Part shown: positions 26,751-38,972 of the stretch, one piece after another
Layout: each line of letters starts with the position of its first letter
Position numbering within the stretch: position 1 is the first letter of the stretch
Origin: Bispira polyomma
Lineage: Eukaryota
DNA: 64,000 bases
Assembly: GCA_965649765.1 (NCBI GenBank)
Contig: OZ287754.1
Location: forward strand, 48,980,001 to 49,044,000
Direction: 5' to 3'
Notes under the pieces: generated by a model
What the model saw: only the letters and a program-made list of their open reading frames with translations
The model's database searches: none
Told to the model about the DNA's origin: nothing
Translations under genes and position numbers: made by a program

Positions 26751-26867
26751 CCATTTCACATAGAGTACCATTATATCCAGTACCTGTACAATTACAGTCA
26801 AATGAACCATCTGTATTGCTACAATCTCCACCATTTAGACATGGACTCTCTGAACATTCATCTATAT
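26751..26867 (-). CDS. cbEGF exon 10 (type B)
   Basis: ag/gt, phase 1-1, 117 nt: DIDECSESPCLNGGDCSNTDGSFDCNCTGTGYNGTLCEM. Confidence 0.92.
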
Positions 26868-28418
26868 CTAGAAATAGAAGACATTTCTTCCATAGGATCT
26901 AATGCAATTCTACCCTATTCCCCTCAAGTTTATACCATATTTCCGTGTTTTCACAAAATCAAAGCTCTAATTGTTGACTGTACAACTGTTGACTGTACAA
27001 CTAATTATAGTCAATCCCCTTAAAGTAGAACTCGTTAAGTCAATTTCTCTTTTGTATGGGAAAAAGTTTATAGTCCCACGAAATTTACCCTGTTAAGTGG
27101 AAATCCTGTATTTTTGCCTGGTCGGTTAAGGTTTGACTTATAGGGGTTCAAATGTAAATTATCCCTCTAAACTGAGATAAAAAATTTAGGATTATTATTT
27201 GTTAACATCCCCAAGGTTTTCTTTAGCCTGCCACTTCAAATAGCAAGACACAATGGCAGAAGATCATCATTGAAGTGGTCATCTGAGCCAATATGTATCT
27301 GTCTGTACCTGAGAACTACAGGTTTAGATAGAACCAAAGTTCTCTGTGTTCCTATGTGATGTAACCAAAACTTTGCTATGCCTAATCCAATACATTCAGA
27401 ATATTATCTGTAGACACAACCATCAAGTTAGCAAATACACTGGACCAAGGTGAGCAGTAGGCTCGACTACTGCAATTCCCTGCTCATCATCCATTCCAGC
27501 TTTAAATTAAACAAGTTGTTCAGAGTACTTCAGTCACATTCAACAGCATTGGTCATATCGCAATGGCCAGGATTAGTGGTGGGGGGAAGCACCAATTAAT
27601 GGCAAGTACCTGACAAACTTTCTGACATGAAGAAAGAATCTGTAGGATTTAATGCCAAGAGCTGACCAGAGGCCAGTGATATTAAAGCAGATGCTTATCA
27701 TTTTAAAATTGCATCGACCTACAAAACAGTAAATCCACTCAGTTTATCCGGAGTCACTTGTATGAGTAACCCTCATCGCAATTAACTTTAGGTTCTATAC
27801 AGTAGCCATTTCGACAAATCAGCATCATATGTTGCCCTTTCTCTCTGGAATAATATTTCACTCTATATCAGGACAGCAAGAGCTTAGAAACCATTGTAAC
27901 TCTAATCTTTTTAACCAAATCTTTCTAGCATGGCCCTTCTCCTCGCTTATCTGAATGCTAATCTTTTGGCTGACAACTTTGGCTATCCCTCTTGTATGAT
28001 GAAGTTTGCCTATATTTAGTATGCTATGGTACTTTAGTTATCGTATTGGAAAGATTTAAGGCCTATAATGTACTAGATTAGATGTGAAGTGAGAATGATA
28101 TCATGTAAATATGAGCAGCAGTGGCCTATTGAATCATATAATGTAAATAGGGGCATCAGTGACATAATAGTTAAAATTGCCTGTCTAACAATCACTGGTA
28201 TCTTACCAATATGGGTTCAAATCCTGTTTGTTCTTTTGTAAGGGAAGTTTGTCAGGTACTTGCCGTAGGTTGGTGGTTTACAATGCTCAAGGACTGGTTT
28301 GTCCTACTATTGAATATTGCAGTCGTATGACCTAAGCTGTTGAAAGTGATGTAAAAACCCCAACTAAATTCAAACTTTAAAGACATCATGTAAAATAGAC
28401 TAAAAAAGACATGTTTAC

Positions 28419-28532
28419 CCTCTTCACACAATGTCCCTTCAAATCCTGAGTCAGTACAGTTACACAGAAAACCTCCTGCAGTATTGACACATATTCCATT
28501 TGTACAGGATACTTCAGAACATTCATCAACAT
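28419..28532 (-). CDS. cbEGF exon 9 (type A)
   Basis: ag/gt, 114 nt: DVDECSEVSCTNGICVNTAGGFLCNCTDSGFEGTLCEE. Confidence 0.92.
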
Positions 28533-29232
28533 CTGTAAAATGAAACCAAAGGTGAAACCAGAAGTGTGTTATTTGACACTGAAGATGTCTTGTTAACATT
28601 GTGGACATGATGAATTTAACATTTTGATGTAGGCTAGTTGCCATGAATTAAGCAAACAAAGCAAGATATATTGTGCATTATTGACTTGAAAGATGGTAGA
28701 ACATGAAATAAATGAAAATGATTACAAATATATGCTGCTAGTCTTTTATTTATAATCCAAAATACAATTCCAACATCCACCAAATTAACATAATCATCCA
28801 TATTTATTTATAAAACTCTAATTTACATACAGTCAATATATATCTGATGATATCTGAAATACGATAAAGAAAACCAATGTACTTTTAAAAGTTATTTCTG
28901 TCAAAATGCTAACACAATCTAAATATGAAATAATCAGTACCTGGAAAATGCAATATCTCATATAAAAAAAATATTATTGTCTAAATTGGAATATTTTTTA
29001 TTTTAATTGATCTTTTGGGAAGATAAATACTTACCTTATCCTCACTAATGCTTTTATTTGGTTCACCTAAATATTCGACCATAAAAATGACTAAGGTGAT
29101 TTTTATGGTCAAATATTTAGGTGAACTAAATAAAAGCATTAGTAAGAATAAGGAAAGGGTATTTATCGCAATAAAAATGATTATTTGGTATGAAGTTTGT
29201 GTTTTAGCATGATCACTAGTTATCATACTTAC

Positions 29233-29349
29233 CCATTTCACACAGAGTACCATTATATCCAGTACCTGTACAATTACAGTCAAATGAACCATCTGTATTG
29301 CTACAGTCTCCACCATTTAGACATGGACTTTCTGAACATTCATCTACAT
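29233..29349 (-). CDS. cbEGF exon 8 (type B)
   Basis: ag/gt, 117 nt: DVDECSESPCLNGGDCSNTDGSFDCNCTGTGYNGTLCEM. Confidence 0.92.
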
Positions 29350-30399
29350 CTAGAAATAGAAGACACTTCTATGTTATGAACTCTTAAACATCACAAGACA
29401 ATTTTGTTTAATAAAGGCAAATATATATATATATCTATATATCAAAACAATATAGGATAAATATAGAAAATCTCTATGAAAATATAGGGTATTTTAGTAT
29501 CAATATACACTGCATAGAAGTAAACATCATGTCAGACAGGTTTGGTCAAAGTAACTAAAATAAGCTTCAAGTTTAAGTACTATTATTGCAGAGATAGCTT
29601 CACAAAGCAATAAAAATGTATAGACGTATGTTGTACATTTTTGCATGGTTTCGAAATTGGAAAAGCTGACATTTGCAACACACACTTCATTTTTTCGATA
29701 TCCACCACTTCCCCCCCCCTCTCCCCCCCTCTCCCCCCGCCCCCCCCAGAAAATGAGTACAATACTTTTGCAGTGCCACAACATAATTTCAGAAAAAATA
29801 AAGGCGATATAAGAGACTTTAACACAAATAGAGGATGACTATTTATCAATGTCAAAAAGGCTGTTCTTTAGCATGCCACTGGGGACAGAACCCAAATGAG
29901 AGAGGACCACCATTTTAAGTGGTATTTGTTTAATCCCACTTGTATCTGCCTGTACCTTTTCACCCTAAGCTGGAATTGAATGAAGGTCCTCTATGTCCCT
30001 AAGCAGTCTTACCTACTAACTGTGTTACCCACTAGCCGTGAGAGATTTAACCCTTTTGCCTTGTAATCGCCAAAGTTTTACCCTTTTTTTATGAGCTAGT
30101 TTTACCTTCAAAAGTGCCATCATATTGATGTACCATCATATTTGTGGTATTTTAACCAAGGTATGTACAATATTATGTAATGTAAACAATGTACAAAACA
30201 TCTGACTAAGAAAGGAAAATGGCAAATTTCAAATTCAGGCAGCTATATAAAAAAGAACGCACTTCTTAACCTCATCGTGAGATCTTATGTAAATGAAAAA
30301 GGATTACTCGACTAAAATTATCCATTTGTAACTTTAATATACCAATCACATCTGCAAAGGTTAAATGAGGAACATAATGTAAAAAAAAGCCATGTATAC

Positions 30400-30516
30400 C
30401 CTCTGCACAAAGTGTCCCTTCAAATCCCGAGTTGTCACAGTTACACTGAAAACCTCCAGGAGTATTGACACATACTCCATTTGTACAGGGTACACCACCA
30501 GAGCAATTATCAACGT
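30400..30516 (-). CDS. EGF exon 7 (type A)
   Basis: ag/gt, 117 nt: VDNCSGGVPCTNGVCVNTPGGFQCNCDNSGFEGTLCAE. Confidence 0.9.
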
Positions 30517-31214
30517 CTACAAAGCAGTAATCAATTGTCAAATCAATACAGTAAACATACATTTACTTAAAATATATGGAGCGAATGCACTTTACAGGTA
30601 CTAATTACATTTGTTTATGATTTTTTTAAATGTCGGAAATAATGTAGATTAAAATTTTCTTTACAAAAGCAAATTTTACCCAAATAAGATCAAATTAAAG
30701 CAATAATAGGTAGTTTATGACAAAAAAAAACAATAGATCATAATAGTTTTGTAAAACATGGGGCAAAGCCCCTAAACCCCTTTGTTTTATTTTGAAGTGG
30801 TACCAGTGGCTCATATTGGTACCAGGAAAACTGCTTCTAGCCAAATAAACTTCTCACAGTGTGCCAAATTACTTTATTTGTCAAAATGACGAAACATTCT
30901 GTCTGTCAAAAAAGATAGTATACATATTTTCCATATTAAAGAGGTAAGTTTTAGCTCACTTTGAAATGATTGTCATACGACTACTGCAGACGTTACCTGG
31001 GGTTCATAGCAAATTATCTATTTTTTTAGTTTTCTTGTTTTGCAGATGCAAGAGAGGTTTGTTGTGTCATCAATAAGATAAAGTCATTCTGTAAAGTCCA
31101 GGAGCTTGTAATTTAGGCATCAGAAAAAGTCGTGTGTGCTCTCTTTAAAAAAAATGGTTCTCTGTTAGTAACATGTGGAAGTAATTGTAGGTACCAACTG
31201 GAAATATGTCTCCC

Positions 31215-32670
31215 AACAAAAAATGTCCCCTCACATGGAAACAAATATATGAAGATATTGTACAGCATAACATACCATTACTATTAGTATTTTTATAATA
31301 AGTATTTCTATTTGATTCAATATTCTTGGTAAATACTTATGAGTGAATGTTACATTCCTCCATCCTGTGCCAATCTGGATTAACATTTTTCTAAACTTTT
31401 TTAGTGTAAGGTGTGTTTGAATACTTCAACAAAGGAAGAATATTCCTACTACGTTGAAAAGATATAGGTGAGTATGGGCCATATTGTACATCAAGAGACC
31501 AAGTTCAAAGTCGAGGCAAATGATTACATTTCAGATTTTTCCCTGATGTATGAAATTTGTTTTAGGTGTGTTTGAATACTGGAAGGTTTAGAAAGCCAGC
31601 ATGATCTTCAATAGGATAAATATAGGTGAGTGTTGGCCACATTCCTCCATGGTGTTCCATCCTAAGAGTAAGTTCGAAATCACAATAAATGTTAAAGCTA
31701 TTTTTCCCTGATATTCATAATTTGTGTAGTCATGATGTTGTTGAAAACTTAGCAAAGTTTCGGAAAGCTAGCATATTTGTAACTTAAAAAACAATGCTGA
31801 GTTTGTCGTCTTTCATGTGACTATCCACAGACTAACTCCAAATTTCAAAATGCCAGCAAATTTTCAAATTTCATTTTGTGAAGGTCCGCAAAGCTAGCAT
31901 ATTTCTAAACTAATAAAACTGAGGTTTTTTCCAGGGTCCATCTAGAGACTAAGTCCAAATTTCAAAGTTCGGATATTCAATTTTTGTTTAGTCTATGGTA
32001 TGGTTTAATGTTTGATGAACTTTCTTAAAGCTAGCATATTCCTAACTCGATATAGTGAGTTTGTCCTCTATCCAGTGTCCATCCAAAGTCAAAATCCAAA
32101 TTTCAAAGTGACAAGCAAATTTTTCAATTTGATTTTTTCCATGATATTCAAATTTCGTCTGGTCTTTTGTGTAGTTTGATGCTTGGTGAAATATTGGAAA
32201 GCTATCATATTCCTGACTTGAAGACAAATATTTGAGTTTGTCCTCTATTTAGTGTCCAGCCAGACGCTCAGTCCAAATTTCAATCCCCAGCAAATGTTCT
32301 AATTGCATTTTCCTCTTGATATTCAAAGTTGGTCTAGTCCATGGTGTAATTTAATGCTTAGTGAAGTTTCGACAAGCTACCATATTCCTAACTTGAAGAA
32401 AAATGGATGAGCTTTTCCGCCATCCAGTGTCCGTCCAAATTTCAAAGTTCCAGTCATGATATCAAATTTCAATTTTCATACTTGATATTGGAACTTTGTC
32501 TAATCCATTGTGTGGTTAATGCTTTGTGAAGTTGCGAAGAGAAAGAATATTTCTTACTTACGTGGTAGAAAAATAGGTGGGTTTGTCCTCTATCTGTGTC
32601 TTACGGACGGATAAACAAAGCAAAAGCATGATGCCCCGCCCCCGGAATAAAATCGGACCAGGGGCAAACA
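31215..32670 (+). mobile_element. Helentron/HINE (pearl-like) non-autonomous element with internal tandem array
   Basis: Diverged ~130-175-bp tandem units (AAAGCTAGCATATT...GTCCAAATTTCAA), then ACGGACGG and a terminal GCCCC...GGGGC hairpin at ~32632-32665. Confidence 0.55.
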
Positions 32671-32782
32671 AACTGTATGTTATTGTCTCAAATCAAGACA
32701 AAGAACAGAATGCTCAGGTAAAACTACCTTTGAGGACATTTTCATAAGATGGCTACATGGTGATCATATATGTTTTACTTAC

Positions 32783-32899
32783 AAGACTGGCACTGAGATC
32801 CGTTATAGCCTGTACTGGTACAATCACAACTAAATGAACCATTGGTATTACTACATTCTCCGTCATTGAAACAGGGATCCCCTAGGCATTCATTTATAT
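32783..32899 (-). CDS. cbEGF exon 6 (type B)
   Basis: ttccag/gtaagt, 117 nt: DINECLGDPCFNDGECSNTNGSFSCDCTSTGYNGSQCQS. Confidence 0.9.
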
Positions 32900-33405
32900 C
32901 TGGAAGAAGAGGTACTGGCTAATTATCATAACAGTAGAACCTCTATTATACAAATGTGTTAGGAGAGTAACATTTTAAATGGATAATAGACGGTTCATAA
33001 AACATGAGAGGCAGTTTAGTATAAACAATAGGAAACCAATAATTTGGGAGTGTGTAAACAAGATGGGAAGGGAGTGGCCCTTGGGGGCCACAGTGTCAGA
33101 TGTAAGTGATAAGATTTGGTGTAATGAACAAGCGAGGGGATTGAGTGTGTTTGTGGAAGTGATTAGGTATGTATCGTGTGAAGTTAGTGTTTGGATAGAG
33201 GCATTGGTATAAAATGTTTGAGTGTAGGTGTTTGGGAATGTGAATAGCTGAAGGTTGTGTAAAGGAATGTATGTTTGAAGATGTGGGGGAAGAGGATAAG
33301 GAGTGGCTGATGGTAAGGTTACATATAAATTTATGATTTATTCAAGGAAAGGGTCAATGAATAGTGATCGGAGAATGTACAGAATGTGGTGGTTGGTTTC
33401 ATGAC

Positions 33406-34274
33406 TGTTACGGTGACGGGAGCAAGCGCGGTAGCAATTACTGGTTGCTTTGAGGTTGTAACAGGAAAAGACAAAAAGTTTCACTTAACAAATTTATTTA
33501 ACAAATAAAATAACAATTACAGAATTACAGTCAACTGAGATACCCTTAATAGTTCATAAATAATACAATAATGAAACCAATCTGACCTGACCACAGTCCT
33601 GTCCACATAAACAACAATTAAACAACTTTGTCCACTGTATCCAGCAATCTGTCTTGAAATCTGCTCGGTGTCCACACAATGCCTGTATCCTGTTATCCGT
33701 TCGGTGTCCACAAACACAAAATGTATATATCCAGAGAGTCGGCACAACTAAGCTATCCAATCCAGGATGCAAAATTTGAAAAATTTTGCAAATACAAAAA
33801 AAATTCCCTCCCCCCTCCCCCCCTAAAAAAAATAAAACCTCTGGGGCTAAAATTCAGCCAAAATCGCTCTATTTCGCACCGTTTCCGAGATATTAAGGAT
33901 TTTTCATTTTCATCGTTTATAAAAATTTAATTAACAATTTAATTAACATTTAATTAATCGTTAATAAGTCAGCTATTTTGTATCGAATCACTTCCAAAAG
34001 TTGAGGTGGTTGAGACATCTATATAAGAAACCTACTTGCCAAATTTCATAAGAATAGGTAAAGCAGTTTTTAAGTTATTATCCGAACAGGCACACCCCTT
34101 TAAAAACGTGTTTTTGGTCATGTGTCTTCTCTGATTGGTCGAAATGTGATGACACCATATTGAAAATTTTTAGTCAGGCCTACTTAATACATGTGCCAAA
34201 TTTGAAGAGAATCCGCCCAGTGGTTGCTCAGCTATAGCCAATAGAAAAGGCGGGAGCCAGCGGCCCCTTACGCA
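33406..34274 (-). mobile_element. Possible solo LTR interrupted by another repeat (~33770-34235)
   Basis: TGTTACGG...CCTTACGCA termini; AATAAA on the minus strand near the 33406 end; imperfect CATGA flanks. The inner segment resembles the repeat at 35040-35315. Confidence 0.35.
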
Positions 34275-35315
34275 TGAATTTTATACTGTATACAAACAAG
34301 CGTCCCAAGCACTTTATAGTTACTGTACCATTTGTTAAATGCCATTGTATTATCAATCAGTTAAAAGGTGATTAACTTTCCTGAGTAGGTACACCTGAGT
34401 AGTTATCTGAGGGAAATTAATAAATGAAAGAGTTTCCAAAAGATTAATCACTCTCTCTTATTCACTGTGATATTGGTAAATTGCAATAAACAGTTACTGA
34501 ATGTTTCTTTTCTACTTTGCCTCACACACAACAAAAGGGAATCAAAAAAAGGTGCTTAACTTTCCTGAGCAGTTATCTAAGAAAAATAAATATATCAAAG
34601 GCTCTTTGAGAATGAATCCTTTGAAAAACACTTTATTATGTGAGAAAATTAATAAATCAAAGGCTCATAGAAAATTAATAAATCAAAGACTCTGAGAAAT
34701 AGTTTCATGAGCAGTTATCTGAGAGAACTAAATCAAAGGCTCTTTCAGAAAACATTACAGTATCTTTCATTAGATCTACATCAAAGGAAAATAAATTATA
34801 CATACATGACTTCTCTATAAGAAAAATGGCATCTTCACTTTGGTTAGCAAAAGGGATTATTTATGAAATATTCATCAAAGGAAATGTAAAAAGTAAATGT
34901 AAGATTTTTACTCTACCAAAATATATTCCTTTGAAACATTTCAATTTATGAGTGGAGGAGATAACAGTATAAACTAGAGTACTGCTTTGTTGACGAAAGA
35001 AAATTGTTTTTGCTGTGCAAAAACAAAAAGTCCCAATAAGACATTGTGCGACATTAAATGTACTTTGATGGCCGCCAAAAATGGTGGGAGAGCGATTTTT
35101 TTGAAAAAACGTGCGGATTACTCCGCACATAACCTGCTGGCCCAAAATTCAGCCGAAATTGCTCTTTCTCGCACCGTTTACGAGATAAAAGCGTTTTTGC
35201 CTTTTACAAATTTTAAAAATTTTGAACAAACAAAATTTTAAAAAAATATGAAAAATAATAAATTAAAAAAAAATAAAAATAAATTTTAGTTCTGTAAACC
35301 CCTACACACGAAAAC

Positions 35316-35474
35316 NNNNNNNNNNNNNNNNNNNNNNNNNNNNNNNNNNNNNNNNNNNNNNNNNNNNNNNNNNNNNNNNNNNNNNNNNNNNNNNNNNNNN
35401 NNNNNNNNNNNNNNNNNNNNNNNNNNNNNNNNNNNNNNNNNNNNNNNNNNNNNNNNNNNNNNNNNNNNNNNNNN
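35316..35474. other. Assembly gap (N run)
   Basis: Run of n characters. Confidence 0.99.
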
Positions 35475-36505
35475 ATGCCTGTGAGGTCCAATCTTGAGAC
35501 AAATATAAGGGGAAAATAAGTGCCAATCAAGGCCAATCCCCAAAAATATACACTAAAACAATACATTTAGCATCACCTCTCCAACATAACACTACCTACG
35601 ACCACCATTTTTGGTTTAAAGCATCCCCAGCCAATGCCAAACATATTTTAAAAATTACAGCTCTGAACTCTTGACCGTCTCTGAGATTACGTTGTGGACA
35701 CAATTTCCCCACCCATTTACCACCCATATGCCAGGATAATATCAGAATGACAACCATAGCCTGTCAGCCAGTCATGTTCATCTGACATAAAAAGGTTCAT
35801 AACATCCAACATTTAAATATATAACATATGCTGATATTGGAGGCTCTACTGTCCTCCAATCTGTGACATCCAGATACTGTATAACTGGTTTGTTCATAAT
35901 TTTCAAGATATTATGTAACTGGTTATTTTGTTCATAATTTAATTGACAGTGTTTTTTTTTTTATTTACTGTAAAGCATTAATAGTGGTTAATAGTGGTTA
36001 TTTATTTAAATATGATATTTTGTCAGGATATAGAGATTATGATCCAGAATATATACAGAAATATGCATCACTGATCATGACAACTTTTTCAAACCAGCTT
36101 GACCCTAAAGTCCAAGGTCAAATATCAAATCTTCTGAATCCTGGTTTCTTACAGGCCTATAATATGTCTTGCGTGGAGATATGTTGATAGAATTGAGGAT
36201 AATCAAGTCTAATTACTATATTACAATAGAACGTACATTGTTATCCAAACATGTTGGGAGAGCAAGATTTTGTTCAGATAACAGAAGATGGATAAAAATA
36301 GAAGAATCATCTTACTGTAAAAAGCAAAATGGAAATCATCAATTTGGGAAAGTGGAATTTATTTATTTTGAATTCATTTTGGGTTTACATCGCTTTCAAC
36401 AGCTTTGGTCATATTGCGATGTTGGAGAGTGGAAATGAGTTTATAAAATTTAATATTTAGATAACTGAAGTTCTGACAACAGAGGTTCTACTGTAGTTTT
36501 TTTAC

Positions 36506-36620
36506 CCTCTTCACAACATATTCCTTGATATCCTGATTCTGTACAATTACATCAGTAATTTCCTGGGATTTTCAGACATTCTCCATTATCACAGGGATCT
36601 GTCGAGCAGTCATACTTTAT
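36506..36620 (-). pseudogene. EGF pseudo-exon (type A)
   Basis: DCSTDPCDNGECLKIPGNY*CNCTESGYQGICCEE. In-frame TGA at 36552-36554, intact gt donor, no AG at the expected acceptor. Confidence 0.85.
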
Positions 36621-37179
36621 CATTACACATGAAGTATTACTACATGTGTAGAAATGTCTCTTTATATATGTACTAAATGTTCCTTGCTTATTTTTGTAAC
36701 TCTATGCAAGGCTATTTAATACCCCTATTCCACTATGCCGATCATACCCCCTGACCTTAACAATTGTAAGTTTGGGGGTCTTTATTGTGGACGATTCGCC
36801 CCATTAATGACTTATCTCTTGATGAAAAGACTTTTATTAGAAGTGGTTGATAAATCACAAGGAAGCCCCGATTGTAAAGATAACAGACTTTTATTTTTTC
36901 TTATAAAGAATAAGTGAGACTAGTTAAACAAATATTGCAATTATGTCAGGAAAAAGGAGAGTTACAAAGACAAGGAGTATACAGCCAAGACAGGAGGGGG
37001 AGAGGGAGTTTGAAAGGAGCGATACAGATGATAAGGATATTATTCCAGAAGCGCAACAGTCAGTCGAGGCCCCAGAATTTTTTTAACAGTTGAACCGGCC
37101 TACTCTGAATATAGCGGGATTGCAGGACACCTAGGAGACTCAGGATACCCAGCATAATAGGAATACCCCAGACAGTGAG

Positions 37180-37860
37180 GTGGCGGCCTTGAGTCAGAAA
37201 CAGAAGAAGGGGAAGATGAACACTGTGTTGTTAACCGATGAACAGGAGGAGACTGTGGTGAACTTCCTGAAGGAACATGAGTGGCTCTACAATAAATGCA
37301 ATCCAATGTATAAAGACACTCACAGGAAGACCATGCTGTGGAAGTCATACTGCTCAACTAAGGGATTGGATTACATAGAAGTGATGAAGTGGTTCACATC
37401 CCAGAGGACTATCTTTGGCAAGCCTAGTGTACCCAAGTCTGGGCAAGCTGCCCCAAAATTGACCGAGCGACAGCAGTGGGTGAAGACCAACTTTGCGTTC
37501 CTCAGCCGCATATTAGATGCCAGCTCAACAAGTCTGCTGGATTAAAGCCTATAGCGTCAGCCTCTCAGGGGGCTGCCCCATCTGTTGCACCTGATTCACC
37601 TGTTGCGTTGTCCCACTCCGATACAGACCAGGGCGAGCTGGAGTTGTCTAACTTGGCCTCACTAAAGTCATCCATAGCCTTTGGATCCTTGACTCCTATC
37701 CAGGAGAGACAGGAGAGGCAGATCATGATTGAGTTAGCAGATTACATTGGGAGGATGTAACAGATTATTACAAAGATCCTGACGGAGGCAAAGAAACCCA
37801 AAGATGAGAGAGCCCAAGGAGCCTATATGAACTGGTTAAGCAAGGAGACGGAGGAGTGGA
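37180..37860 (+). pseudogene. Harbinger Myb/SANT-like (MADF) DNA-binding protein, frameshifted
   Basis: LTDEQEETVVNFLKEHEWLYNKCNPMYKDTHRKTMLWKS...WFTSQRTIFGK..KSGQAA; continues in a shifted frame. Confidence 0.8.
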
Positions 37861-37989
37861 GCATACTATAACCCACCATCAGTAGGTCTACTGTCAGTAG
37901 GTCCACTGTCAGTGGACAGTGACATCCTGAATACCTCGAAAGCTTCCTCATTTACCAGAGGATTCGACTGGGTCATCTGCTGGGTTTGG

Positions 37990-38972
37990 GTGCTCTCCTT
38001 CCTGGTTAATAATTTTACTTCTGAGCATGTTGTGGGTTAAGGTGGCTACCACAGGTGGTTCCTGCTGCATCGTCAAGAGTAAAAGTCTAAATCTGGCTAC
38101 TAATATACCAAAGGCATTCTCCACCACCCTTCTGCCCCCGGGATATCCTGTAGTTAAACATCCATTGCATAGGGTCCAGGCCTCGTCTGGAGAAATGTTT
38201 TATCATGCAGGTCTTGAAGGCAAATGCGTCATCTCCCATGATGAAGTAGGGGGTGGGGGGCTTCCAAGGTTTATGGGTTCAGGATCAATCTTTTCCTTCA
38301 ATTTAAATTGGTTAAAAATCTGTAAATAAGACCAGGAGCCACTGGAACCCAGGTCCACCCACATGAAGTGGTAATCACCATCCACCAGGGCCAGCATAAC
38401 GATGGTGTGGAATACTTTAGTTGTAGAACTCACTCCCCCTTTCTTGGACATCTCATTGCTATGTGTTTGCCATCTATGGCCCCCAGGGCATTGGGGACAT
38501 TCCGGGTGTCTCTGTATATAGCTGTGACCTTCTTCCAGTCCTCTGGGGTGGTGGGGCATCAGAGAAATTCCTCCTGGAATTCATCAATGATAGCCGGGCA
38601 AACCTCAGGAACATACGTGGTGATGGTTGATTTCCCCACCCGGAATGCGTACTAAAGTGAGGTGTACGACTCCCCAGTTGCTAAATGTCTAAAAGTTATT
38701 GCAATCTTCAGTCCAGGTGAGAGTGTCTTGCGGTACCAGGTCATGTTTTTTGCAATTCTGGGGGCCACCCTCCTCTCCAGTTCCTGGAAAAATTTCGGGG
38801 TCATCCTCAAAAAGTCCTTGTACGACCATGCATCTTGTGCCTCAATCTGTGGTAGAAGTGCCGAATAGTGACCCTGCTCCTCCCTATTCCTAAGTAACGG
38901 CTTCACCCAGAACCTCCTTGGTGCTCTGGCTCTCCTGATCCTGACATTATTATCCTGATTCTGTGTCGGCAT
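37990..38972 (-). pseudogene. Harbinger transposase (HARBI1-like DDE nuclease), disrupted
   Basis: RRFWVKP, FLRMTPKFFQEL, KIAITFRHLATGESYTSL, VMLALVDGDYHFMWVDLGSSGS, GDDAF and [14 protein letters not shown] across several frames with stops. Confidence 0.9.

Noticed and set aside
36552-36554. In-frame TGA in an EGF exon as possible selenocysteine or readthrough
   Set aside because: It is not at a Cys position, the acceptor is also lost and no SECIS was seen; simple decay explains it better.
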